Source: Chiloscyllium plagiosum
Lineage: Eukaryota
DNA: 64,000 nt
Direction of reading: 5' to 3'
Assembly (NCBI RefSeq): GCF_004010195.1
Contig: NC_057711.1
Span: 78,572,099-78,636,098, forward strand
Shown: piece by piece, positions 24,660-37,934 of the stretch
Layout: the number at the start of each line of letters is the position of its first letter
Numbering within the stretch: position 1 is the first letter of the stretch
Notes under the pieces: generated by a model
What the model was told of the DNA's origin: nothing
Database searches by the model: none
Seen by the model: only the letters and a program-made list of their open reading frames with translations
Position numbers and translations under genes: made by a program

Positions 24660-25230
24660 ACATAATTGCAAGAGTCCCTGGGAGACAACATCTACAAGGT
24701 ACAAGTCAGGAATGTGATGGAATGCTCGCCATCCAGCTGCTTGGATGAGTATAGCTTCAACAACACTCAAAAGGCTTGATACCATCCAGGACAAAACAAA
24801 TTTCTTTTGATCATCACCACATCCACAAACATCCACTCCCCCCTCCACTGCTACTTAGTAGCTGCAATGTGTACCATCCATCAGATGCATTGCAGAAATT
24901 CACCAAGATTCCTTAGATAACACCTTCTAAAGTCACAACCACTTCCATCTAAAAAGGTAATGGCAGAAATATATGGGAACACCACCAGCTACAAGTTCAC
25001 TTCTAACCCACTCACCATCCTGACTTGGAAAAATATGACCATGCCTTAAGTACTGCTTGGTCAAAATTCTGGAATCTCTTTTCTATTGGCATTGTGGTCT
25101 AATTACAGATAATGAACTGCAGCGGTTCAAGAAGGCAGCTCACCACTACCTTCCCAAGTATAACTAGAGATGGGTAATAAATGCTGGATCAACCAGTGAT
25201 GCCCACATTCCACAAATGAATAACAAAAAA
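24660..25230 (+). mobile_element. CR1-type LINE 3' fragment
   Basis: YKVQVRNVME-like motif; similar inverted copy at ~39130-39660. Confidence 0.6.
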
Positions 25231-26499
25231 GATCAAGACTCATTCTTTGAAACTTTAATGAATAAAGATCTTACTTTCTCAGGCAGTCTCACTAAGTTAA
25301 TCTCTTCAACTCAGGAATCAGCATCATGAATTTCTTTTGAAGTATTGTTAATGCCAATATATCCATTCTGCTGGGTTTGCATGACAAAAGTCACCTTTTC
25401 AGTGAAGCGGGCTAAATGCAAGCTTGAGAGGGAAATGGCAGCACTCATGACCTAGATAGATACCTCCATTGTCTGAGCTAGAGAGCACTTTAACCTCTGG
25501 AATCAGATCTTTGCACATCTTACAATGCCTTACACCAGTATTCCGTTGTTTGCCTACATTAAGACTCCAGAAACAAGTGCTTTCGGTTTAAACTCCAGTT
25601 CTAGGTGACTTACAACAGTCCTGAATGCCAGTGACCTTAACTACCATAACTTCTAACAGCTGTTAGTGCACTTGGTGTAATGGAGCACTCAATAAATTTT
25701 GGTCCCAAATCTAAGTTTACATGCATGAGTACTGATGTAAAAGTCGGTGGAAGGTGTGGTGGAATGAAGTGACACTGCACTGTCTGAGATCGCTTCTTCG
25801 TTTCAGGTGAAAGTGTGTGCTGATGATAGTTGCTCCTTGGTAGGCATTTCCAAACATGAGTCTCCAGAATTGGCTAATTCAGACTGATGTATGCACAGTG
25901 GATCAAAGTAAAACACTGTCCGTAGTGCTCACCAATGCTCCTTATGCATTCTTGTGAAATTAGTTACCTTCCAGTGACCGCTCCGATATCTCTCTGTCCG
26001 TAAATAAGCAGCCTTCATGCTGTCCAATCAGTTTGAGTAGCCTAATGGACATCCATCAGCTAGAAGTGGGACTGTGACATAAGTTAAAGTCGAAAACTTG
26101 AATGGGTGAATTGATGTCCAAGTTGTATCAGTGCACTGACTTAAACTTTACGGCACATGCCACATGCTCCAAACCCTCTCCTTTGCGTTTAAAATGCCCC
26201 ATAGGATTCTAAAGCTAACAACTACTTTTGCAGGGTTATTAAGGATTGATAAGAAAATTGCAACCTTACTAGGATTGCCTTCGTCTGGAGAACATTTTAA
26301 AAAGAGTAATTCAGTTTGATTAAAATTTAATTTGCCTACAATCGAGCCAGTAGATGGAGCTAGGATATGGTGGTTTTAGTCACAAGTGTGGTATTGTGAC
26401 TGTAGGTAATGGTAACTATAGGTAATTAGCTGCACACATATGAATCTGATTATTAACAACCCATTCCAGGCATTATGCATATGACTGACCTCTGAAAAA

Positions 26500-26668
26500 T
26501 AGAGTATGGTGCTGGAAAAGCACAACAGGTCAGGCAGCATCCTGGTTGAGGGTTTATGCCCAACGAAACGTCGATTCTCCTGCTCCTCAGATGCTGTCTG
26601 ACCTGCTGTGCTTTTCCAGCATCACACTCTCGACTCTAATCTAGCATCTGCAGACATTGTTTTCTCCT
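26500..26668. mobile_element. Penelope-derived palindromic insertion
   Basis: GGTGCTGGAAAAGCACAACAGG ... CCTGCTGTGCTTTTCCAGCATC. Confidence 0.75.
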
Positions 26669-27074
26669 CTGGAAAAATACTGTTGTAGATAGCGTGATGA
26701 AGAAGACTACACTGGATAAAAGATTTTTAATGTAATGCTAGCAGATCTTCTGTGGTGTTGCACAGAGTAAATCTGATTTTTAAAAAATTCTAAACGGTAT
26801 TATTATGAACATTGATATATTCGCTTCAGCACAGTCTGGGCTCTAGAACACTGGATGGTGGCCACAGTGGGTGATAGCACTGGGAATAGAAGTCAGATTC
26901 TGGTACTTTTTGAAGATTCTGGAGGGTAATAGAGAAATTCTGTGAGTATTAGCAACGGCTAATTATCTGGGAATTCTAGGGACATCTTCCTGGAATTTGT
27001 TGAGAGTTAAGGAGGTGCATTTGAGAGCAATGAGAATGGTTATGCTTCAGTTTTAACAGGTCGTTAGTGAAACT

Positions 27075-30000
27075 TTATTTGGAGTAGTGTACAGTACTGG
27101 TAATATGAATATTGAAATGTTGCAATGCATCTACCAAGCTCAAGGTCTCCATCTCAATTGTGGAATATTTCTGTTGGTGATTTTTCAGTTTTCTGGAAGA
27201 ATGCCCAAAAGATCTTTCTATCATCTTGTCTTTTTGCGAGAGCATAGCACCGACACCCACAGCACATGCATTGATAGCCAATTTAAATAGCTTTGCATAA
27301 TTAAGTATGGCCAACACTGGGGTAACACAGCTTTCAAGCTGTCAAATGCTTTCTGATAGTCCACTGTCCACTGAAGTTTCTGAACTTCTTCAATAAATCA
27401 ATCAGTGGAGCAGCCGCACTGCTAAAATTCAGTACAAATTTTCGATTAAAAATCACTCAATCCCAGGAATTATAGCACTGCCCTCTTTGCCGATAATATG
27501 GGAAACTCCCCAATAACCTTTGTTTTCACATCTATGGGACCATCGTCCATGTCCAGTAACGTGACCCAGGAACATGATATGGACTTTTGTGAATTCGCTC
27601 TTCTCTTGGTTGATCACCAAGCCCACTTCCTGAAGTCGATCGAACAATTGATAGATGCTGTAAATGTTTCTTCCATGTGGGACTCAAAATCACCAGGTCG
27701 TCAATGTACATCCACTATTGGATAATCCGAAAATAACTGTATTGATTAATCTTTGAAATGTGGCTGGTCCATTTATCATATCAAATGGGATGACTTTAAA
27801 CTAGTACGGTATATTTGGTGTCATGAAAGGATCTGAGTTTGGTTCTTCACTTTGTGTTGTAATGAGCAATATGTTCTCTGTTTACTTTCTTTCTCCACCA
27901 AAATATCTTTTGAGCATATTAATATGATACACTCTGTGGGATTTCCTTCTGTCTGGTATTATTAAATAGCTCACCTCACTCAATTTCCTTTCAATTTGAT
28001 AAGGTCCACTAAACCCTGCTGTAAGATTCACCCATTGCTGGAAGTAACATTAATGCTTTGTCACCATAAGCAAAATTGCAAGTTTTTGATTTCTTGTCCG
28101 CTTTCTGTTTCATCATATACTGTGCTACTTTTAAATGCTGTCTAGCCAGCTCACCTGCTGTATTTAATCTTTCCTTGAAAATTGACATATAGTCCCAATA
28201 TATAGTCTTTGAACTTTGACTCACCAAGGTCTCTTGAATTAATTCCAGTGGTCCTCTTACCTCATGGCCAAAAAATAATTCAAATTGACTGAACTTATTA
28301 GGTTCATTTGGTGCATCTCGAACTGTAAGAAGCATAAATGCAATTTCTTTGCCCGAATCCTCTGGATAGTCTTGTCTATCAGCCCTCAACATGGTCTTTA
28401 AAGTTTGATGCCACCATACTAATGCTCCCTGCCATTCTGGATGGTATGCAGTGGATTTGAATTGTTTTGTACCTAAACTATCCATAACTTCCTTGAATAA
28501 TTTTGAAGTAAATTTGACCCTTGATCTGATTGTATCTCTGCAGATAATCTGTACCTAGTGAAAACTTTGAGTAACTCTTCTACAATCCTTTTCGCCATGA
28601 TACTGCGTAATGGAATTGCCTTTGGAAATCTAGTGATACATCCATTATGTTAACAATACTGATTTAAACTCTTTTTAGGTAGGGGTCCTACAAAATCAAT
28701 TGAGACTCTTGTAAAAGGTTCCTCAAATGTGGGAATGGATATTCACGGTGCTGGTTTTATCACTGCCTGAGGTTTTCCAATTACCTGACATACTTGTCAT
28801 AATTGGCAAAATTCAACAACAAGGTGGGCGACACAGTGGCACAATGGTTAGCACTGCTGCCTCACAGCTCCAGAGACCTGGGTTCAATTCCCGCCTCAGG
28901 CGACTGACTGTGTGGAGTTTGCACATTCTCCCCGTGTCTGCGTGGGTTTCCTCTGGGTGCTGCGGTTTCCTCCCACAGTCCAAAGATGTGCAGGTCAGGT
29001 GAATTGGCCATGCTAAATTGCCTGTAGTGTTAGGTAAAGGGTAAATGTAGGGGGTATGGGTGGGTTGTGCTTCGGCGGGGCGGTGTGGACTTGTTGGGCC
29101 GAAGGGCCTGTTTCCACACTGTAAGTAATCTAATCTAATCTAATCTAATCTAATCCCTATGCAGTCTAGGCCAATAAAAGTGTTTTGTATTTTGGCTTGA
29201 GTTTTCCTTAATCCTAAATGGCCTTCTACTAGGAAATCATGTGCTACTTGCAAAACTTCCTTTCTATAACCCACTCATAATACAACTTGATGAACTCCTG
29301 TCCATTTCTCATCTGTCCATTTCTCATCTGCCTGAATATGTGATGTCTCCATTTCCTTATCAAGACTTTTTTTTAAGATAGTTATATTCTGTGATACACT
29401 CAGATTTTTCTGTGTATGCTTTTTGATACAACTGCTTTAGCTTTTCATCTTGTAAATCTGTTAATTTCTCTGAACTGAAAATATGTGTTTTGTCCTCCAT
29501 TTGTTCTTGTTTTTTCTCAACCATTTGATCAAACATAGTCTTTGAGAAATGAACTTTAACTTACTTATCTTTATTCTCTGATTGCTGATCCTGCTTCAAC
29601 CTTTGGCTTTGAGACGTTATTACCAGAGTCGGGGAAAAGAAATCCCAGGATGTACTTCCTGTAACATCTCAATTCCCTGATTTTACACTGGCGTTTCAAT
29701 TGCAGTAGGCATCACTCCAACCTGTGATCCTGCTATATCATTACCAAGGATAATTTGTATTCCTGGAACTGAGAATTTCTCAATTACTCCTCCCACCTCT
29801 TCACTACTTTTCACCGGACTCTCCAACATTTCATGGAACACTACTCTTCTCACTATGAATTCCATATATTACTACCTGTTCTGGCAGTAATCCTTTGTAG
29901 TTACATATCTCTTCATCTCTCGCCATTAAACATTGACTTTCTCCCATATCTCTCAAAATTTTATTTTCTTTTTCTACTCTTCCTGGCATATATCCATAAA

Positions 30001-30795
30001 CATTATCTTTGCAAGTAAATTCATTAGAGAGATCTGGCACTTTCTTCTCAACCAACCCCTGACCAGGTTGTACATTCTGGTGCAGTTTTTTAGCTTCCAC
30101 TGTGCTTTTTTTCTTACCACTTTAACAAAGCCCATTGGCTTATCCTGTTTTCCCACATCCGTCTTCTAAACCACCAACACTGCTGATTTGATGTGGCCTA
30201 CTTTATTGCAGTGAAAACACCTGAGCTTTTTTTTGTTTAACTTCTCTACCCCCTCATGGGCTTCCTTTTTACCCTGTGATAAACTACCTTTACTATCTTC
30301 AATGAAATCTCCCTTTTCCCTTACCACCTGAGAATTTCTTTCTTTACCCAAATTTCTATTCCTCACAGATTGAAATTGGCGTGGGAAGCCAAACTTTGAT
30401 TTATAAACCAACTCAATCATCTGCCTTTTCTGCTGCTAATCTTGCAGTTTTAACTCTCTGCTCTTCCACGTGAGTTCTCACTACTTTAGAAGTGAATTTT
30501 TAAACTCCTCCAAAATAATCGTCACTGTAAGAGCATCACCTATTTGATCAATTTCAGTGCCCTTATCCGCCCATCTCAATTACTTTGTTTGATTCTTTCA
30601 AATGCAATGTCCCTCCTTAAATTCCTGAAGCGATGTCTGTAGGCTTCTTCATGTACACTTAAGATGGCACTCTTCACCTCATTATAGTCCCCAGATTCCT
30701 CCTCTGGTAGTGATGCAGAAACCTTACTAGCTCTAGCAATCAACTTTGTTTGGACCAACAATACCTACATGGTCACCAGCCATTTAATTTGTTTA
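27075..30795 (-). mobile_element. Decayed Gmr1-like Ty3/Gypsy LTR retrotransposon (gag-PR-INT-RT-RH)
   Basis: In - strand order: SCAN-like EEAYRHRFR, zinc knuckle CFHCNKVGH, protease ILRDMG and ILGND, integrase AHD..GHLG, SIDFVGPL, SDQGSNF, AYHP, then RT YIDD (27697-27708) and RNase H ACAVGVGAML..YSTIEME. Confidence 0.85.
28823..29154 (+). mobile_element. HE1-type V-SINE inserted in the Gmr1-like integrase
   Basis: Full head, V core and (AATCT)n tail; flanks rejoin as ...WPRLHRD|VVEFC. Confidence 0.9.
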
Positions 30796-30919
30796 ACCTG
30801 TTTGTGAAGAATGACCAGAATATGATAACATTTTTCATTAAGATGGAGAGTGATGTAGTTGATTCTGAGACTACAGTCTCAAAGGAAGCTACGATGATGT
30901 GAAGTGCGTGCTAACAATG

Positions 30920-33420
30920 ATAAATTGGGAATGTTGCTAAAAGAGATGATTGTAGATAGACAATGGCAAATATTTAAATAATGCATGGTGGAAGTGCAAC
31001 AATTGCTCATTCCTGAGTGGCACATCAATGAAATGGGAAAGGAGACTTACCAAGGCTAACAAGGGAAATTAAGGATAGTATTAGATCTAAGAAAGGGACA
31101 ATTGGCCAACAAATGCAGTAGGCATGAGGATTGGGAATAGTTTAGATTTTAGCCGAGGAGGGCAAGGGGATTGATTAAAAGGGAAAGCAGAGTACCATAG
31201 TAAGCTAGGAGGGAATATGCTTACTGATTGTAAATGCCTCTGTTGGTGTAGATTGTTCTGGTATAATATGCATTTCATCAATGCGAACTCGCTATAATGT
31301 GATCGACGAATTGGGGACGTTGTTTCTACAGCGCAAACTTTTAAAATCTGTGTTGGCTGTAAATCAATCACATCACCAATAATTTAAGCGCTGTTTCTAA
31401 AGTACAATTTTTCTATAATGTAGGATTGCACAAGAATGCAATCATCACGTTACAGAAGAACTGACTGTATGTGAAGGGAAAAGATTATTGAATGCTAAGG
31501 TCCCTTAAAATCAGGAGTCGGGGATGTTAAAATGGGAATAAAATGATTATTAACTACATATTTTGATTCTTCTTCACAAATGAGGACATAAATAACACCT
31601 CAGAAATGTTTGGGAACACAGGAACTAGTGAAAGGGAGGAACTGAAGGAAATTAGAATTAGTAGGAAAATGGTATTCAGAAAATTTTTGGAATGAAAGGT
31701 TGTGAAATCTCTGGGACTCAATAACCTTCATTCCAGAGTATTTAAAAAAGTGGCTGCAGAAATAATAGATCCATTGCTGATCGGTTTTCAAGATTCTTAC
31801 AAACTCTGGCACAGTTTCTATAGATTGGAGCATGGCTAAGGTAACCCTTAGGAGGCGAAGAACGAATAGGGAATCATAGTACAAATCGCCTGATTTAGGG
31901 AAGATGCTTGAGTCCGTCAGAGAAGATTTTGTAGTGGAGCACCTGGGACAATGGTGGCAGATTTAGACAGTCACCGTGGATTTGTGAAAGAGAAATCATG
32001 CTTAACAAATCAAGAATGTAACTAGTTGAGTTAAACACAGGGAGTTAGTAGATATGGTTTCCTTGGATTTTCAGAAGGCTTTCGATAAGGTCCCACTGTT
32101 AGGTTCTTTTTCTGAGGTTTCACACATGAAATGCAATTCGCACACACCCCAACTTTGCAAACAGTTAAAATTTAATCAAGCTTGTAAAGCTAGGTCACCC
32201 CTCTGATACTTTTTGCAGGTATGTGAAGTTGAGTCCGAAGAGAGACTCTGAACAAAGAAAATACATCGCCTTTATACAGGTTGGTTGGCAATGCTTACAG
32301 ATGTTCTGACTACTCTCCCACAGTCACATGCCACTCAAGACAACCCATACTCACATGTTACCCCGGACACAATGGTAGGATGAGATCATCCTCAGAATTA
32401 TGCAAATGTAAATGCCCTAATCCTGGGGAATCGTTATGCAGACAATTTTCTGACTCACTGATTCCCCAAGACAATGCACATGCAACATACCTAGCGTCAG
32501 GGGATGGCTAGAAAGCATTTCTGAATGGAAGAGTTTGAATGATAGTTTAATTTGATAATAGCAGGAGTATAGTAGCAAATGACTGCCGAAATGAGGTGTG
32601 AATTGCAATGAATGGTCATCCACATTCCTGCATGCGACCTGTGCGACAGAATGTCACCCCACCCACTTCCAGAATGTTCAACCTTGCAGTCTAACTCTTT
32701 AATGTCCAGAGAGATATTCCCATTTAACCTTTCACCACGTAAAAGATGAACATTTAAAATTAAAGCAAATGGGATTTGAGATTGTGTACTAACATGGATA
32801 GAGAACTGGTTGGCATAAGTGGATTGTTTTCCAAGTAGCAGGTAGTGACAAGTGTGGTACTGCAGGGATCAGCATTTGAGTCCCAATTTATTCACAATAT
32901 AGATTATTGGTTTCAATAAGGGAACTAAATGGAATATCTTGAATATCTATTCCAGGTGACACAAAGCTGGATGGGAGGGTGAACTGTGAGGAGAATTCAG
33001 AGATGCTTCAGTATGATTTGGACAAATAGGCAAATATATGGCAGATGAAATATAATGTCTGGTTATAGAGGGAATCCACCAAAGTTTTACCAGACTGATT
33101 CCTGGGATGGCAGCTCTGCTGTTTAAAGAGAGACTGGATTGGTTAGGACTGAATTCAGAGTTCAGAAGAATGACAGGGAATCTCATATTACGTATTAAAA
33201 TTCAAGTGCACTAAACAGGGCACTGCAGGAAGGATGATCTTGAGTAGAGAATTCAAAGCCAGGATCCAAAACTCCAAAGGGATGGACGTTTAGGACTGAG
33301 AGCTAAAGGGATCAAAGAATATCGGGAGAAAGTGGACAAAAGTACAGACTTGAATGATCAGCTGTGATTATATTGAATGATGAAGCAGGCTTGAATCACT
33401 GGCCTATTTTCTCTCTTCTA
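30920..33420 (+). mobile_element. Degenerate CR1 ORF2 with nested MITE (~31248-31470) and solo LTR
   Basis: GFVKEKSCLTN, LDFQKAFDKVP and DTKL motifs; CR1 3' tail. Confidence 0.8.
32097..32734 (-). mobile_element. Solo LTR with 4-bp TSD
   Basis: TG...CA termini; CCAC at 32093-32096 and 32735-32738; interrupts the CR1 DKVP motif; second copy at 45743-46362. Confidence 0.85.
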
Positions 33421-36007
33421 TGTGTTTCACAATTATTAATTAATTGATTTTAAATTTATCTTGTTTCTATGCCCTTGGCTAGGCAGTTGAATTAGTTCAG
33501 TAACATTACCAGAATAGCATTGTTCACTCAGTTGATTGCCCATGGTTGCCAGTTAGCCGTAGTAAATTAAGATTTATTGGCTAATGGACATAGACAATAT
33601 ATTTGTGTTTTATATTATTATTGAAGGTGCTTAGCAGTGGGATTACACCCTCTTCCATCTGGCAGAATATACAAAAGTTTGAATACAAATACAAATAGAT
33701 TAAAGAACAGCTCCCCCCCCCCCCCCCCCCGTTAAACTTTTGAACGGCCTGTCAAATGTTAATTCTGATCTTTCTCTGTGCACCTTCTCTGCGGTGTAAC
33801 ACTGCTCTGCACTCTGATCTGCTACCCTGATGCACTTTGTATGGTAGAGTCTGGCTGTATAGCATGCAAACCAACATGTTTCACCGTTTCTTAGTACGTG
33901 TGACATCAATAAATCAATCAACAGAATTGGCATGTGATCACTACTTCATGTATTCTCTTTCTGAGCTGCATTAAGGGAACTGCTGCATGAAGGCTCTTTT
34001 CATAAATTATTGTAGTTGAAATAATTCAGAATAGTTTTGTCAGTCTTTGTTCTCTTTTGTTCATTCAAGAGTCTCAATGGCATGTCACAAATTTGCAATC
34101 TGGTATATTTGCAGCCAATATTTAAGTCTCAAGCTTGTTTGTATTTGTTATTGGATGCCTTTAATGCTTGTAAGTTCTTTTACATCTATCTTGAAACTAA
34201 GAGATACCTTATTTCAATATATTTTATGTTCTTCAAGAGAATGGCAGTAGTGCCATCTGGTGGGAAATGTTAAGATTCACTAAAACTTCACAGCTTAGAA
34301 ACTGAATAAATTTCACTGAATCTCTGATTGCTACACAGGAAGGAGTCCATTCAGCCTATTGTTCCTATGTGGATTCTCTAAAAGAGCAACTTATCCAGTG
34401 ACTCTCCCTGGAACACTGCAGATTTTCCATTTTTGCATAATAATAATTCAATTCTATTTTGATTGCATCAATTGAACTTAGCTCCACCGTACTCTCAAGG
34501 AGTGCATTCCAGATCCTAACCAATTGCTATGTGAGAAAACTTTCCATCATGTCTCTGGTGTTTCTTTTAGCAATTAACTTAAATCTGTGTACTCTTGTTC
34601 TTGATCTTTTAATCAATAATTCTGTCCACATCCCTCATGATTTTGAATACTTCCATCAGTCACCTTTCAACATTTTCTTCTCCAGTGAAATCAGAAACTG
34701 CCTGTGTAATTGAAGTTTCTAACACCTAGAAACTTCTCATTAATCTTTTCTGCACCCTTTCTAATGGATTCAAATTATTCTTAAAGTGAGGCCCCAGAAC
34801 GGGATGTAATCCTCCAGATGAGGCTGAATCAGTGTTTTTTACAAGGTTAATGAAATAACTCCACAGAGGCTGATATCCTGACACCAAGTCACTCCTTAGT
34901 TATATATGCAGAGACAGCTCTGAGTGAACAGAACCTCTGACACGCCTGTTTATATCTGTCAGTCAGGGCTCCCTGTTTGGACCAGGTTAGCAGCCCTAAT
35001 CTATGAGATCCACCTGGCTGACCTCATTACAATCACTACATCCCTCCCCCTCTAATTCCAGGGACTTGTGCCTGTTCCTTTTCTTGTAGCCTCTCCTGGG
35101 GCACTTTCACACCAGGTCTGGTTCCTCTGACTCAACCTTGGATACGGGTGGCATGTAGCAGACTGTAGCCCACCTCTTATGCCCGGAACATCTCAAAAGA
35201 AATTAATCCTCTTCAGGCAATAAAGATGTTGAGGCTGCAACATTTGCTATGTCCATTTCAGACTCTGAGATTTCTTCAGTGCTAGATGGAGGGGGAGAAC
35301 TCATGCGTTTTAACAACCTTTCTGGCTGTTCTGAAGGGCCATGAATGTTTTGCTCCCACTCTGTTTGCGTTTGCAGCCTTCATGTGTCCCACACTCATTT
35401 TCAGGATCATCACACCTACCAGAACTTTGTATGTCACAGGACCTGACTTCGTGTGGACCATGTCTCTTAGCCATACAGGGCCATTTTTCTGGTTTTTTGG
35501 CACCAAACCTCATCCCCTGAAGTCAACTTCTTCTGTCTCACTTAGAGGAGTCTTGTGTCTGGCATTGGCGTTCCTGATGCCATTTTATCCATGCCCGACC
35601 CCAGGTCCAAGAAGATCAGATATAACCTGGTGCAGAGTATTCTCCCCATTAGCAATTCTGCTGGAGCATTCCCCCAATTGCTTGAGGGATGGTCTGATAA
35701 TCAAATAGGAACCAGGCAATTTGGTATTGAGTGAAGCTGTCAGCTATTTCTTTAAGTCTGCGTTCAAAGTTTGGACTGCTCTTTCGGTCAGACCATTGGA
35801 CGATGTTTGGTATGGAGCTGTCCTTATCTGCCAAATGCCATTTGACTTTACGAAGTATATGAATTCCCTTCTAGTAAATGATGGACAGTTGTCTCTGACC
35901 AACACTCCTGGGAGTCCGTGTATTGTAAAAGATGCTTGCAGTTTTTCTATCATTGTCCCTGTTTTTGACAAATAACTTTAGTTTACGTCCAAACACTTTG
36001 ATAGGGT

Positions 36008-36646
36008 CCTGGATCAGTGGTGCTGGAAGAGCACAGCAATTCAGGCAGCATCCGAGGACAGGCAAAATCGACGTTTCGGGCAAAAGCCCTTCATCAGGAA
36101 TAAAGGCAGAGAGCCTGAAGCGTGGAGAGATAAGCTAGAGGAGGGTGGGGGTGGGGAGAGAGTGGCATAGAGTACAATAGGTCAGTGGGGAAGGAGATGA
36201 AGGTGATAGGTCAGGGAGGAGAGGGTGGAGTGGATAGGTGGAAAAGGAGCTGGGCAGGTCGGACAAGTCCGGACAGGACAGGGGATCGAGTTTCTGGAGG
36301 TTAGAAGCTAGGATGAGGTGGGGGAAGGGGAAATGAGGAAACTGTTGAAATCCACATTGATGCCCTGGGGTTGAAGTGTTCCGAGGCGGAAGATGAGGCG
36401 TTCTTCCTCCAGGCGTCTGGTGGTGAGGGAGCGGCGGTGGAGGAGGCCCAGCACCTCCATATCCTCGGCAGAGTGGGAGGGGGAGTTGAAATGTTGAGCC
36501 ACTGGGCGATTTGGTTGATTGGTGCGGGTGTCTCGGAGATGTTCCCTAAAGCGCTCTGCTAGGAGGCGCCCAGTCTCCCCAATGTGGAGGAGACCGCATC
36601 GGGAGCAACGGATACAATAAATGATATTAGTGGATGTGCAGGTAAA
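36008..36646 (-). mobile_element. 5'-truncated Penelope-like retroelement (GIY-YIG endonuclease end plus terminal repeat with hammerhead)
   Basis: IIYCIRCSRCGLLHIGETGRLLAERFREH ... LQPQGIN; TSD ACTTTGATAGGGT at 35995-36007 and 36647-36659. Confidence 0.9.
36066..36101 (-). ncRNA. Minimal type I hammerhead ribozyme motif (Penelope)
   Basis: Minus strand ATTC-CTGATGA-A-GGGC TTTT GCCC-GAAACGTC-GATT. Confidence 0.7.
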
Positions 36647-36897
36647 ACTTTGATAGGGTGTCCACAATGACTGAGAAAATTGAGTCCATGAAAGGGCCAC
36701 CACAGATGCTGTATTACCAAATCCAGCTTTTACCCAGCCATCCCCATGAATGTTGGGGAGCTGCTGTCATTAAGTTGTCACTCGGGACATTGTCCCACCA
36801 ACGCTGCTATGTCTGCAGCCAATCCTGACTACCAAACATGACTTCTCACCAACATATTCATTTTGGATAACCCTGGTGGAGTTCAACCAGTATCTAG

Positions 36898-37065
36898 GCG
36901 AAAGTGAGGACTGCAGATGCTGGAGATTAGAGTCAAGATTAGAGTGGTGCTAGAAATGCGCAGCAGGTCAGACAGCATCCGAGAAGCAGGAAAATCGATG
37001 TTTCAGGCACGAGCCCGGATGCTGCCAGACCTGCTGTGCATTTCCAGCACCACTCTTATCTTGAC
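36898..37065. mobile_element. Penelope-derived palindromic insertion within the Gypsy remnant
   Basis: Inverted arms; TTCAACCAGTA repeated on both flanks. Confidence 0.8.
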
Positions 37066-37934
37066 TTCAACCAGTACCTGTTGATGACCTTTAATTTGGA
37101 CAATCACTCTTGCTCCCCATTATAAAATGCTGTCCTCTACAGTGATCTGGTGTTAGACCACCAATATGATTAGTTTTTCTGACTTGATTGACTGACTGTT
37201 ATTCAGGATAAAAACTTTTCATACCAGGTTTCATCATTAACAGAAAATATTGTTGTTTTTTCTACTTATGGTGTCACAATTTTAACAACTGGCAGAGCAA
37301 TTAAATATTCTAAATCTACTACTATACAATTTAAAAATATTCCCTTAAAACTCCAAATACACAGACATAGTCATTCATGATTACTATAGATAGTTTGACA
37401 CAGATATTGTGTTGAAAAGAAACTGTAGATAGCGAACAAATTTCTGAAGACCAGACATCCACATCACAGAGTGGGTTAAATTATCACTCACAGCTCCTTT
37501 GATTTTAGCAATTATGACACATTCTTGTCTGGAAAATAATGGCTATTCTTCACTTCAGTAGTTGGTCGAGTGAACCTACCTCTTACCCTGTTAGAGTTCT
37601 TTCTTTTAAGCTTTCTTGTTTTTTTTCTGTCTTTTCATCCACAGAAGGAGGTAAGCCATGTGTTTCAGTTTGCGCACTTTGGATGTCTGTAACTACCTTG
37701 CTCTTACAGATTTGAAACAAACTGCAACTCAACCAATCAGATTTCCTTTACTCAAAGATTCTTGATGCCATTTTGTCTCAAAGTACCCTGCTCACTGCTT
37801 TACAAAAGTAACATTGTCTTGCACAGTTTAAAAATGTGCATCACTTCATTTTTCTCAAGTTCAGAAAAGGTAGTTCCTTCCAAGGTGTATCAACATGTTG
37901 TGATCTTAGACTTGTCACAATCCATGGAATCGGT

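Larger units (their letters stand above)
34851..37150 (-). mobile_element. Ty3/Gypsy remnant: integrase, PPT and 3' LTR (34851-35040)
   Basis: LVRDNCPSF and APYQTSSNGLTERAVQTL; purine tract (+ strand TCCCTCCCCCTC) abuts the LTR end that reads TGTAGTGA on - strand. Confidence 0.8.

Noticed and set aside
25380..26330. Possible second Harbinger-related remnant
   Set aside because: No diagnostic motif could be read reliably
37151..37895. Further possible solo LTRs (also ~19303-19895 and ~39785-40320)
   Set aside because: TG...CA-like ends but no matching TSD or second copy in the window
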